NCBI RefSeq assembly: GCF_000010065.1
Contig: NC_006576.1
Location: 480,001-512,000, forward strand
From: Synechococcus elongatus PCC 6301
Lineage (GTDB): Bacteria; Cyanobacteriota; Cyanobacteriia; Synechococcales; Synechococcaceae
Length of the DNA stretch: 32,000 nt
Direction of reading: 5' to 3'
Below, piece after piece: positions 15,714 to 24,544 of this stretch. The number at the start of each line of letters is the position of its first letter. Position 1 is the stretch's first letter. The translations under genes were made by a program, and so were the position numbers. The notes beneath the pieces are model-generated. The model did not search any database. It worked only from the letters and a program-made list of their open reading frames with translations, and had not been told where the DNA came from.

Positions 15714-16514
15714 ATGGGCACAGCCATGCGCAGCGTTGCTTGGGGATTGGCGATCGCACTCTGGCCCATCGCTGTTTGGGCAGAAAATCCCGAAGACCTA
15801 CAGCGATTGCTGACGACTCGCCAGTGTGAACGCTGTGATCTCCAAGACTCTGGCCTAGTGCTGGCCCGACTCTCAGGGGCCCGCTTGACCGGCAGCAATC
15901 TGCAGCGAGCCAATCTGAGCGGTGCTGACTTGAGCGGAGCCGACCTGCGCCAAACGGATTTGCGCGGGGCGTCGCTACAGCGGGCCAATCTTGCCGGCGC
16001 CAATCTGACTGGGGCACGCCTCGACGGAGTTGACCTGCGGGAGGCTTGGTTGACAGAGGCAATTCTGACGCCGCAGCAGTTGGCCTTGGCCCACATTCAG
16101 GGTGCTCAAGGATTGGATGTAACCGCGCTGCCTTTTGAACGCTATCAAGCTTGGGGCATTGAGGCGATTCAGGCGGGTCGATTTGAGCGTGCCATCAGTT
16201 ACTTCGACCTCGCTCTCCAACGCAATCCCAAATCTGCCTCCACCTATCTCAGCCGCGCGATCGCCTATCAAGGTCTGGGGCGATCGGAACAGGCGATCGC
16301 CGATGCCCAAGCAGCAGAGCAACTCTACAAAAGTCAGCAAAATCCGGAAGGCGAAAAGCGATCGCAGGAACTGCGCACCACCATCGTTGCGGCTCAAGAA
16401 CGGGTCGCCAGCAGTGGCAGCAATGGCGGTAACGGGGGCGGGAGTGCAGCCTTGGCCGTGCTGACGGGCATTGTCCAAGGGGTGCTGCCCTTCTTACTGG
16501 GCTTCCCCTTCTAG
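15714..16514 (+). CDS. Secreted pentapeptide-repeat plus TPR protein with a Gly-rich hydrophobic C-terminal tail
   Basis: It has a signal peptide (AWGLAIALWPIAVWA), a run of A(D/N)LxG-type pentapeptides and TPR-like AISYFDLALQRNPKSASTYLSRAIAY. The tail is NGGNGGGSAALAVLTGIVQGVLPFLLGFPF. Confidence 0.85.
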   Translation: MGTAMRSVAWGLAIALWPIAVWAENPEDLQRLLTTRQCERCDLQDSGLVLARLSGARLTGSNLQRANLSGADLSGADLRQTDLRGASLQRANLAGANLTGARLDGVDLREAWLTEAILTPQQLALAHIQGAQGLDVTALPFERYQAWGIEAIQAGRFERAISYFDLALQRNPKSASTYLSRAIAYQGLGRSEQAIADAQAAEQLYKSQQNPEGEKRSQELRTTIVAAQERVASSGSNGGNGGGSAALAVLTGIVQGVLPFLLGFPF

Positions 16515-16636
16515 CAAGGGAGCCCGGCGGATTGGGCGATCGCAGCGAAAACAATTGAGGACTTTAATGGCCTTGAGTCGCCTCAGCTCAGGCCAGACAG
16601 CCATCTGGGTGGAGGGGACGCCTGATAATAGACGGG

Positions 16637-17125
16637 TTGTCTTTTGCTGCGCTGATGAGCCGTACCCTTGTTTTACCGGCAGACGCGATCGCTCAGCTTG
16701 ACCTCAGTCCTGTCCAGACAGCCTTGCCGGAGTTGAAGACTGCCGATTGGCTCACCCTTGAGCAGCAAGTCTGTCTCAAGATCCAATGGCCGCGTAGCGA
16801 AGATGACCCGCGAGAACTGGCGGAGATTCCCGAAATTCGCCTCTGGTTTATCCGCTTAGATGCGACCTATCCCCAATTCCCCCTACTAGTGAACTGGCAG
16901 TCAGGTGAGCTGGTGCGCTACGCCGCCATGTTGGTGCCCCATCAGTTCAGCCGCAATGAAGGCTTACAGTTCAATCCTGAAGCTCTGGCAATTTGGGTCA
17001 ACCACAAAATTTTCTACTTCGCTCAGCAACTCGCCGATCGTGGTTTGTCGGGCAGCAGTCGCCTCAAAAACTTTGCACAGATTCTGGGGTTTGAAATCGA
17101 CGAAAGTTTCTTTGAGCTGCTCTAA
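16637..17125 (+). CDS. CRR6-like (DUF1817) NDH-1 assembly factor candidate
   Basis: The ~160-aa cyanobacterial-type ORF has an EIPEIRLWFIRLDATYP...YAAMLVPHQ segment that matches my recollection of the CRR6 family. The start is TTG 16637 or ATG 16655. Confidence 0.6.
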   Translation: MSFAALMSRTLVLPADAIAQLDLSPVQTALPELKTADWLTLEQQVCLKIQWPRSEDDPRELAEIPEIRLWFIRLDATYPQFPLLVNWQSGELVRYAAMLVPHQFSRNEGLQFNPEALAIWVNHKIFYFAQQLADRGLSGSSRLKNFAQILGFEIDESFFELL

Positions 17126-17268
17126 TCGCTGATGACAGGCGGAGGCGGCTGGTCTCTGGCTCGGAGTGATCTATGGTCCACTGCTGCAGATCCTGGGCTG
17201 AGAGTGCCGGGCTGGGAGAACGCTTGTCGATAAGATAGAGGGCTGTAGCTGCTCACGCCCTCACTCCT

Positions 17269-18354
17269 ATGACTTTGACGACCGCGGCTGTTTTGGATGC
17301 CCTGCGTCCGGTAGAAGACCCAGAGCTCCGTCGCAGCTTGGTGGAACTCAACATGATTCGCGATGTAGCGATCGCGGGCGATCAGGTCAGCTTTCGTCTG
17401 GTGTTGACGACACCGGCTTGCCCTTTGCGCGAGCTGATTGTGGCGGACTGCGAGAAGGCTGTGAAAGCGCTGCCGGGCGTCGCAAGTGTCGCGATCGAAG
17501 TGGGGGCCGAAATTCCTCAGCAGCGCAGCTTGCCCGATCGCCAAGGCATTGGTGGCGTCCGCAATATTCTGGCGATCTCCAGCGGTAAAGGCGGCGTTGG
17601 TAAAAGCACCGTTTCGGTCAACACTGCTGTCGCTCTGGCTAAAGCCGGGGCTCGCGTCGGTCTGCTGGATGCGGATATCTATGGCCCGAACACGCCAACA
17701 ATGTTGGGGGTTGCCGATGCCCAACCCAGCGTCAGACCCAGTCCCCAAGGCGACATCCTAGTTCCGATTGAGACCCACGGCATCAAACTCGTCTCGATGG
17801 CCTTTTTGATCGATCCCGATCAGCCGGTGATGTGGCGCGGCCCGATGCTAAACGGCATCATTCGCCAGTTCCTCTATCAAACAGAATGGGGCGAGCTGGA
17901 TTACCTGATCGTCGATATGCCGCCGGGAACAGGTGATGCACAGTTGACCTTGGCGCAGGCGGTGCCTCTGGCCGGTGCGGTGATTGTGACGACCCCTCAG
18001 ACGGTTTCCTTACTGGATTCGCGCAAGGGTCTGCGGATGTTCCAGCAGCTAAAGGTGCCAGTGCTGGGTATTGTCGAGAACATGAGCTATTTCATCCCGC
18101 CCGATCTGCCCGATCGCCGCTACGACATTTTTGGCTCTGGCGGTGGTGAAAAGACGGCGAAAGAGCTGGAAGTCTCTCTACTGGGCGGCATTCCCCTCGA
18201 AATTCCGCTGCGCGAGGGTGGCGATCGCGGGGTGCCGATCGTGGTCAGTCAGCCCGAATCTGCCTCGGCACAAGCCTTAACTGCGATTGCACAAAAAATT
18301 GCGGCGGCAGTTTCAGTTGCGGCCCTTACCCAGGAATTAGGACAAGAAAGCTAA
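17269..18354 (+). CDS. mrp: Mrp/ApbC/NBP35-family Fe-S cluster carrier ATPase with an N-terminal DUF59 domain
   Basis: It has the DUF59-like segment VEDPELRRSLVELNMI, the deviant Walker A SGKGGVGKST and DMPPGTGD. Confidence 0.93.
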   Translation: MTLTTAAVLDALRPVEDPELRRSLVELNMIRDVAIAGDQVSFRLVLTTPACPLRELIVADCEKAVKALPGVASVAIEVGAEIPQQRSLPDRQGIGGVRNILAISSGKGGVGKSTVSVNTAVALAKAGARVGLLDADIYGPNTPTMLGVADAQPSVRPSPQGDILVPIETHGIKLVSMAFLIDPDQPVMWRGPMLNGIIRQFLYQTEWGELDYLIVDMPPGTGDAQLTLAQAVPLAGAVIVTTPQTVSLLDSRKGLRMFQQLKVPVLGIVENMSYFIPPDLPDRRYDIFGSGGGEKTAKELEVSLLGGIPLEIPLREGGDRGVPIVVSQPESASAQALTAIAQKIAAAVSVAALTQELGQES

Positions 18355-18385
18355 CCTGCCTTAAGGTTCGGTTCTGAGGACATCC

Positions 18386-19651
18386 ATGCTGGCTCGTGGC
18401 TTGCGGTTTGGGCAGTGGCGTCAAAAGTTTGCCTTCCTTGATGCCTGGAAGGGCATGGATCGCTGGCTGCTGTTCATTCCGATTGCCCTGACCCTGTTGG
18501 GCGGCTTGCTGATCCGCAGCACTCAAGCCAACCAAAACTTCGCCGATTGGTGGCAGCACTGGATTACCGGGGCAGTGGGGGTAGGACTGGCGCTGGCGAT
18601 CGCTCGCTGGCGCTATGACAACTGGCTGAAGCTGCAATGGTGGCTCTATGGGGTCACCTGTCTCTCACTGATTGCGGTGCGTTTTGTCGGCACCACAGCC
18701 CTAGGGGCTGAACGCTGGATCAGCATTGGCGGCTTTAACATCCAGCCCTCGGAATTTGCCAAACCGCTGATGATTGTAGTGCTGGCAGCCATTCTGAGCC
18801 GTGAAACGGCCGATCGCTTGCCGGGGCTGATCAAAGCGATCGCGATTATGTCGGTGCCTTGGCTACTGATCTTCCTGCAGCCCAACCTCGGAACTTCACT
18901 GATCTTTGGAGCGATCGTGTTTGGCATGCTCTATTGGGCCAATGCCAAACCGGGCTGGCTATTGCTGATGCTCTCGCCCTTGCCCTCAGCCATCTTGTTT
19001 GAGGCGCTGCCTTGGGCCTGGCCCGTCTGGCTGGCGATCGTGACTTCCGTTGGCTGGAAGAGTTTTGCGTGGCGCTGGCGCGGTGCGATTGGAGCACTGC
19101 TGACCAATGTGGCCAGTGGTGTGGTGGCGGGTTGGGCTTGGCAAAACCTTCTGCAGGACTACCAAAAAGACCGCCTGATTCTCTTCCTCGATCCCAATAA
19201 AGATCCACTGGGTGGGGGCTACAACCTGATCCAAGCCCGGATCGCGATCGGGGCCGGAGGAATTTGGGGCCAAGGGCTCAATCAAGGTACTCAGACGCAG
19301 CTGCGCTTTATTCCCGAGCAGCACACAGACTTCATTTTTTCGGCTGTGGGCGAAGAGTTGGGGTTTGTCGGCTCGATCGCCGTCATCCTGCTGTTTTGGC
19401 TAGTTTGCTGGCGGCTGATTGCGATCGCCACCAGTGCCCGCGATAACTTTGGTTCGTTGTTGGCGATCGGCGTTTTGTCGATGCTGGTTTTTCAGATCGT
19501 GATCAACATTGCCATGACAATTGGCCTTGGCCCCGTCACCGGGATTCCCTTGCATTGGCTCAGTTATGGACGATCGGCCCTACTGGCTAATTTCATTGCG
19601 ATCGGAATTGTCGAATCGGTCTGGCGCTTTCGGCAGATCAGCCGCTACTGA
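18386..19651 (+). CDS. rodA: SEDS-family peptidoglycan polymerase (FtsW/RodA/SpoVE), probably RodA
   Basis: The 421-aa ORF has about 10 TM segments, plus PSEFAKP and FIPEQHTDFIFSAVGEELGF motifs. Confidence 0.85.
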   Translation: MLARGLRFGQWRQKFAFLDAWKGMDRWLLFIPIALTLLGGLLIRSTQANQNFADWWQHWITGAVGVGLALAIARWRYDNWLKLQWWLYGVTCLSLIAVRFVGTTALGAERWISIGGFNIQPSEFAKPLMIVVLAAILSRETADRLPGLIKAIAIMSVPWLLIFLQPNLGTSLIFGAIVFGMLYWANAKPGWLLLMLSPLPSAILFEALPWAWPVWLAIVTSVGWKSFAWRWRGAIGALLTNVASGVVAGWAWQNLLQDYQKDRLILFLDPNKDPLGGGYNLIQARIAIGAGGIWGQGLNQGTQTQLRFIPEQHTDFIFSAVGEELGFVGSIAVILLFWLVCWRLIAIATSARDNFGSLLAIGVLSMLVFQIVINIAMTIGLGPVTGIPLHWLSYGRSALLANFIAIGIVESVWRFRQISRY

Positions 19652-19748
19652 ACGTCAAACGGGTTGCGATCGCCTTTCCTTAAGGAGCATCTGTCCTCCA
19701 TCGCAAGCGCGATCGCCCGTAGGATGACGACAGCCTCGCTGGTTCAAA

Positions 19749-20480
19749 ATGCGCTGCCTAGTTTTCCCTTCGCCTGCTGACGTGATTCAAGCGGTCGCCG
19801 ATCGCATTGCCGATCGCCTGCAAGCCCAACCCGATCTGTGCTTGGGGCTGGCTACTGGCCGCACTATGGTGCCCCTCTATGCGGAGCTGCTGGGCCGCTC
19901 CCTCAACTGGCAGCATTGCCGCATCTTTGCCCTAGATGAATATTGGGGTTTGGCGACCGATCATCCCAGCTCTTTTGCGGCGGAACTGCGACAGCGTTTC
20001 TGTCAGCCTGCCGGTTTGCGACCTGAACAAGTTCAGTTTCTGAACGGAGCAGCCTTAGATCCCGCCCAGGAATCGCAGCGCTACCGCCGTTGCCTAAAAC
20101 AGGCCGGTGGCTTGGATCTGCAACTGCTAGGCCTAGGGGAAAACGGTCATCTCGCCTTCAATGAACCGGGTAGTGCTCGCGAGAGTCGCGTGCGCTTGGT
20201 TCAACTGAGCGATCGCACGCGCCAGCAAAATGCAGGAGCTTTCGGGGGCGATCCGGAGGCTGTCCCCAGCGCCGCTCTGAGTTTGGGGTTGGCAGACATC
20301 CTGGAAGCTCGGGAATTGCTATGGCTAGTAACCGGAGCTAGCAAGACCAAAATTTTGGCGCAAGCCTTACAGCCACCCCCAACAACGGCCATTCCTGCCT
20401 CTTACCTCCAAGAGCACCCCGCCACAACGCTCTATGCCGATCACGCTGCGGCAGCAGCATTGACAGTGGATCAATCTTGA
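19749..20480 (+). CDS. nagB: Glucosamine-6-phosphate deaminase/isomerase (NagB family)
   Basis: GLATGRTMVPLY, FALDEYWGL..HPSSF and GLGENGHLAFNEPGS align with E. coli NagB motifs. Confidence 0.85.
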   Translation: MRCLVFPSPADVIQAVADRIADRLQAQPDLCLGLATGRTMVPLYAELLGRSLNWQHCRIFALDEYWGLATDHPSSFAAELRQRFCQPAGLRPEQVQFLNGAALDPAQESQRYRRCLKQAGGLDLQLLGLGENGHLAFNEPGSARESRVRLVQLSDRTRQQNAGAFGGDPEAVPSAALSLGLADILEARELLWLVTGASKTKILAQALQPPPTTAIPASYLQEHPATTLYADHAAAAALTVDQS

Positions 20481-20544
20481 GCAAGTGTTCTCAGGACAAC
20501 GCGTCCAGCATGGCTGATGAGTTGATTGCTTTCCGAGGCAATCA

Positions 20545-20973
20545 TCAACAGTGGCTCTCAGCTTCAGGGGCGATCGCGGCCGGTCGCGAGGGAGGTTCAA
20601 CTGTGGCCGTTGGGGCCGTCAGCGATCGCGAGTGCCACCAAGCCTGTTGCTCAGGGCTGAGCTTTACTGAGTAAAAAGTGATCACCACCGGCTGACTTTG
20701 GTGCCCGGGCTCCAAGATCTCGACGGCGTAGGAGGGCGATCGCCGGGTCGCTAAGTCCACCACAAACCGGCGACCCACGCGCCGCCAGCTCGGCTCCTTG
20801 CCGCGCCACTGCAACCGACAACAAGGCCAAGGCAGCTCTTCGCGATCGAAGAGACGGCAGCAAGGGCCGATGATTCGGTAGCTGTAATGCCCACCGGGGC
20901 TGGCAATCACAGCGTGGCTGGGAAGCGGATGTGCCGCCGCTGCCCGATAGGAGCCGAAATCCAGCGGATCCAT
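20545..20973 (-). CDS. Hypothetical Cys/Trp/Arg-rich protein
   Basis: The 142-aa ORF fills the gap between nagB and the protease gene and starts 12 nt after the protease stop. Its codon choices look host-like. I recognise no family. Confidence 0.4.
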   Translation of the reverse strand: MDPLDFGSYRAAAAHPLPSHAVIASPGGHYSYRIIGPCCRLFDREELPWPCCRLQWRGKEPSWRRVGRRFVVDLATRRSPSYAVEILEPGHQSQPVVITFYSVKLSPEQQAWWHSRSLTAPTATVEPPSRPAAIAPEAESHC

Positions 20974-20984
20974 GCTGACTGTCC

Positions 20985-22142
20985 CTAGCCCTGTTGCTGG
21001 GGAATTTCAGCCAGCTGAACCGTCACCTGCCGCTTCTGTTGCTGACGGAGCAGTTCCAGAGCCAAGCGATCGCCCACCTTTTTCTTCTCCACGGCTGTCT
21101 GGAGATCCGAAGCTGAGCGGATAGGCTGACCTTCTGCCGCCGTAATCACGTCCCCTCGACGGATCCCGGCTGCCGCCGCTGGAGAGTTGGGCAAGACTTG
21201 GACAATTAAGGCACCGTCAGTTTCCGGCAGATCAATGCTGGCGTTGGGATTACGGTTATTCTCGCGCGCAATTTCCGGGGTCAGCGGCAGCATCTGAACA
21301 CCCAAGAGCGGGTGGGAGGCTTTGCCAGTCTGAATAATTTGATCTGCAATGCGGCGGGCCGTGTTGATCGGTACCGCGAAGCCAATTCCCTGACCGTCGG
21401 CACGAATCGCGGTGTTAATGCCAATCACTTCGCCAGCAGCATTCAAGAGGGGACCGCCAGAGTTGCCTGGGTTGATCGCAGCATCGGTCTGAATGAAGCC
21501 AACCCGTTTGTCGGGAATCCCAACTTCTGAACTCGAACGCCCAGTGGCGCTAATAATGCCCACCGTCACGGTGTTGTCGAGACCGAGGGGATTACCGATC
21601 GCGATTGCCCATTCGCCAGGACGGAGGTTATCGGAATTGCCAATGCGGACGGTCGGTAAATCCTTGGCATCAATTTTGACGACGGCCACATCCGTAACCG
21701 GGTCAGCACCTAGGACTTGGCCATCGTAGGTTCGGCCGTCTTTGAGCCGCACTTGAACGCGATCGGCTCCTTCCACAACGTGGGCATTGGTCATCAGCAG
21801 ACCATTACTATCAAAGATGAAGCCAGAACCGGAACCCCGCTCGACGCGATTGCCACCCGCCGGCGGGCCGCCAAACAAGCCGCCGAAGGGATCGCCATTG
21901 CTGACACGGCGGGATGCATTGATCCGAACCACGGCAGCGCCATCCCGCTCGACAGCCGCCACAATGAAGTTGGCGTTTTCAGGCAAGGGTAACGGGGGCC
22001 GATTGGGTGATGCTGCTTCGCTGCGATTTACCGCTAGTGGATTGGGAGGCGTAGGCAACTGTGCCACCTGTGAACAGCCCCCTAAGCCCAGCAGCACTAG
22101 GCTGCCGAGCCCCAAGGTTCGTTTGAAGAAGCTGTCAGTCAT
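20985..22142 (-). CDS. HtrA/DegP-family periplasmic serine protease with a PDZ domain
   Basis: It has TNAHVV (His) and GNSGGPL (Ser) with a C-terminal PDZ domain. The lipoprotein-like signal is LVLLGLGGCS. The start is moved to ATG 22142 (MTDSFFKRTLG...) from the track start at 22265. Confidence 0.9.
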   Translation of the reverse strand: MTDSFFKRTLGLGSLVLLGLGGCSQVAQLPTPPNPLAVNRSEAASPNRPPLPLPENANFIVAAVERDGAAVVRINASRRVSNGDPFGGLFGGPPAGGNRVERGSGSGFIFDSNGLLMTNAHVVEGADRVQVRLKDGRTYDGQVLGADPVTDVAVVKIDAKDLPTVRIGNSDNLRPGEWAIAIGNPLGLDNTVTVGIISATGRSSSEVGIPDKRVGFIQTDAAINPGNSGGPLLNAAGEVIGINTAIRADGQGIGFAVPINTARRIADQIIQTGKASHPLLGVQMLPLTPEIARENNRNPNASIDLPETDGALIVQVLPNSPAAAAGIRRGDVITAAEGQPIRSASDLQTAVEKKKVGDRLALELLRQQQKRQVTVQLAEIPQQQG

Positions 22143-22251
22143 GAAGCGACCCGTGGCCGGGGGAAATGCTGAATTTATTCTAGGTCTGGCCTTCAGACGG
22201 TAATGCAGCGCTTGGTACGGCTTTCCGTCCTGTCTGCTTTGGCAATCGCTG

Positions 22252-23700
22252 ATGCGACGCGGCAAAAAGGTTGGGGGTATAGTATTGATTCCCTATTCAG
22301 CTGCGATCGCTGTGGAACAGTCCCTAGAACACCTCTGGGAACAAATTCTGGAACGCTTGCAGCACCAGCTGAGCCGGCCGACCTTTGAAACTTGGATTAA
22401 AACGGCGACGGCAGAAGCATTCGACGGCAAAGTGCTGCGTCTCAGTACGCCCAACCCGTTTGCGCGCAACTGGTTGCAGAAATACTATCTGCGCACGATC
22501 GCCGATGTTGCCGCTGAAATTCTCGGCCATGGCATTGAACTGCAGATTGGCGTCCTTAGTGACACCAGCGCTGAACCAGAAAGTGGTGCAGAGCTCTGGC
22601 CGGCCATCAGTCCACCCCCAGCCGTTGAAGTCGTCAAACCACCGACGACAACAGCGGGACGTCCGCCCCTGCGCAGCAGCGACCTCAACCCGAAGTACGT
22701 TTTTAGTCGCTTCGTGGTGGGAGCCTACAACCGCATGGCCCATGCGGCATCCTTGGCGATCGCTGAATATCCAGGCCGCGAATACAATCCACTATTTCTC
22801 TGTGGCGGGGTGGGGCTGGGCAAAACCCATCTGATGCAGGCGATCGGGCACTACCGCTTGGAAATTGACCCAGATGCCAAGATTTTTTACGTTTCTACCG
22901 AGCAATTTACGAATGATTTGATCGCTGCGATTCGCCGCGACAGCATGCAGAGCTTCCGCGAACATTACCGCGCAGCCGATGTGATTATGGTCGATGACAT
23001 TCAGTTTATTGAAGGCAAAGAATATACCCAAGAAGAATTCTTCTATACCTTTAATTCCCTGCATGAAGCGGGCAAGCAAATTGTGTTGGCTTCCGATCGC
23101 CCACCCAGCCAAATTCCGCGTTTGCAGGAACGTCTGATTTCTCGCTTCTCGATGGGCTTGATTGCGGATATTCAGCCCCCCGACTTTGAGACACGCGTTG
23201 CCATTCTCCAGAAGAAATCAGAATTTGAAAATATGCCCCTCCCCCGCGATGTGATTGAGTACATCGCAGCCCGCTACACCTCCAACATCCGTGAGCTCGA
23301 GGGCGCTCTGACGCGGGCCGTTGCCTATGCTTCAATTTCAGGCCTAGCCCTGACCTTGGCGAATATAGCCCCCGTTCTCACACCGCCAACGGAAAAAATG
23401 GAGCTCTCGCCTGAGATGATTCTCCAAACCGTTGCAGAAACCTTTGATGTCTCAATCGAAGATCTCCGCGGTAACTCCCGACGACGGGAAGTCAGCTTAG
23501 CTCGTCAGGTCGGCATGTACTTAATGCGTCAGCATACGGACTTAAGTCTGCCGAAAATTGGCGAACAATTTGGCGGGAAAGATCACACGACGGTGATGTA
23601 CAGCTGCGAAAAAATTGGCCAGCTTCGCCAGTCCGATCCCCAGATGGGAAAACAGTTGCAAGAAATCAACGATCAGCTGTTTGTAGCTAGCCGCGGTTAG
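22252..23700 (+). CDS. dnaA: Chromosomal replication initiator protein DnaA
   Basis: It has Walker [16 protein letters not shown], an AAA+ domain and the domain IV motif [15 protein letters not shown]. The start is ambiguous between ATG 22252, TTG 22285 and GTG 22312. Confidence 0.93.
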   Translation: MRRGKKVGGIVLIPYSAAIAVEQSLEHLWEQILERLQHQLSRPTFETWIKTATAEAFDGKVLRLSTPNPFARNWLQKYYLRTIADVAAEILGHGIELQIGVLSDTSAEPESGAELWPAISPPPAVEVVKPPTTTAGRPPLRSSDLNPKYVFSRFVVGAYNRMAHAASLAIAEYPGREYNPLFLCGGVGLGKTHLMQAIGHYRLEIDPDAKIFYVSTEQFTNDLIAAIRRDSMQSFREHYRAADVIMVDDIQFIEGKEYTQEEFFYTFNSLHEAGKQIVLASDRPPSQIPRLQERLISRFSMGLIADIQPPDFETRVAILQKKSEFENMPLPRDVIEYIAARYTSNIRELEGALTRAVAYASISGLALTLANIAPVLTPPTEKMELSPEMILQTVAETFDVSIEDLRGNSRRREVSLARQVGMYLMRQHTDLSLPKIGEQFGGKDHTTVMYSCEKIGQLRQSDPQMGKQLQEINDQLFVASRG

Positions 23701-23840
23701 AAGCCACGGCCACCCCCTTTGCTCTTCTGCCGCAGCCCTCAAAGCTTGCTCTAGATTGCAGACTGTTTCACTCTGGTCCGCAGCTTTTAGGAGCGATCGC
23801 CGCCTGCGATAGGGTGGGGAACGGAGTGCTGTGAACCCCC

Positions 23841-24542
23841 ATGAGTGTGCTGGCTCCCGATGCGGTGGAAGGGCTATTCGATCAGATTGCGCCGATTTAC
23901 GACAATCTGAATGATCAGCTCAGCTTTGGCCTGCATCGCCTCTGGAAGCGCATGGCCGTCAAATGGTCTGCCGCAAAACCCGGCGATCGCGTTTTGGATC
24001 TCTGCTGCGGCAGTGGCGATCTGGCTTTTTTGCTAGCAAAAGTAGTCGGGAGCAAGGGGCAAGTCATTGGTTTCGATCGCTCGCAGGCGCTTCTGTCTGT
24101 TGCAGGCGATCGCGCTCGCCAGCTTGCTAGCGCACTGGTGATCGACTGGCAGCGGGGCGATGCCCTCGACCTACCTTTTCCAGATGATCACTTTGATGCA
24201 GCGACCTTAGGCTATGGCCTGCGCAATGTACCGGATATCCCTACGGTTTTGCGGCAGTTGCAACGGGTGTTGAAGCCGGGGGCTAGGGCAGCGATCCTCG
24301 ATATGCACCGCCCCTACTCACCGCTGTTACGGCAGTTTCAGCAGGTTTATCTTGATCGCTGGGTTGTACCGGCTGCCGCCGCCCAAAACTGTGCTGCTGA
24401 GTACGAGTACATCGATGCCAGCCTAGAGGCATTTCCCCAGGGTCAGCAGCAGGTGGCATTAGCGATCGCAGCGGGTTTTCAGCGGGCCAAGCACTACGAA
24501 CTGGCAGCAGGGCTGATGGGTGTGTTGGTGGTTGAGGCGTAA
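23841..24542 (+). CDS. menG: UbiE/MenG-family demethyl(phyllo/mena)quinone C-methyltransferase
   Basis: It has FDQIAPIYDNLND, the SAM motif VLDLCCGSGDL and the GYGLRNV motif. Confidence 0.88.
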   Translation: MSVLAPDAVEGLFDQIAPIYDNLNDQLSFGLHRLWKRMAVKWSAAKPGDRVLDLCCGSGDLAFLLAKVVGSKGQVIGFDRSQALLSVAGDRARQLASALVIDWQRGDALDLPFPDDHFDAATLGYGLRNVPDIPTVLRQLQRVLKPGARAAILDMHRPYSPLLRQFQQVYLDRWVVPAAAAQNCAAEYEYIDASLEAFPQGQQQVALAIAAGFQRAKHYELAAGLMGVLVVEA

Positions 24543-24544
24543 TT

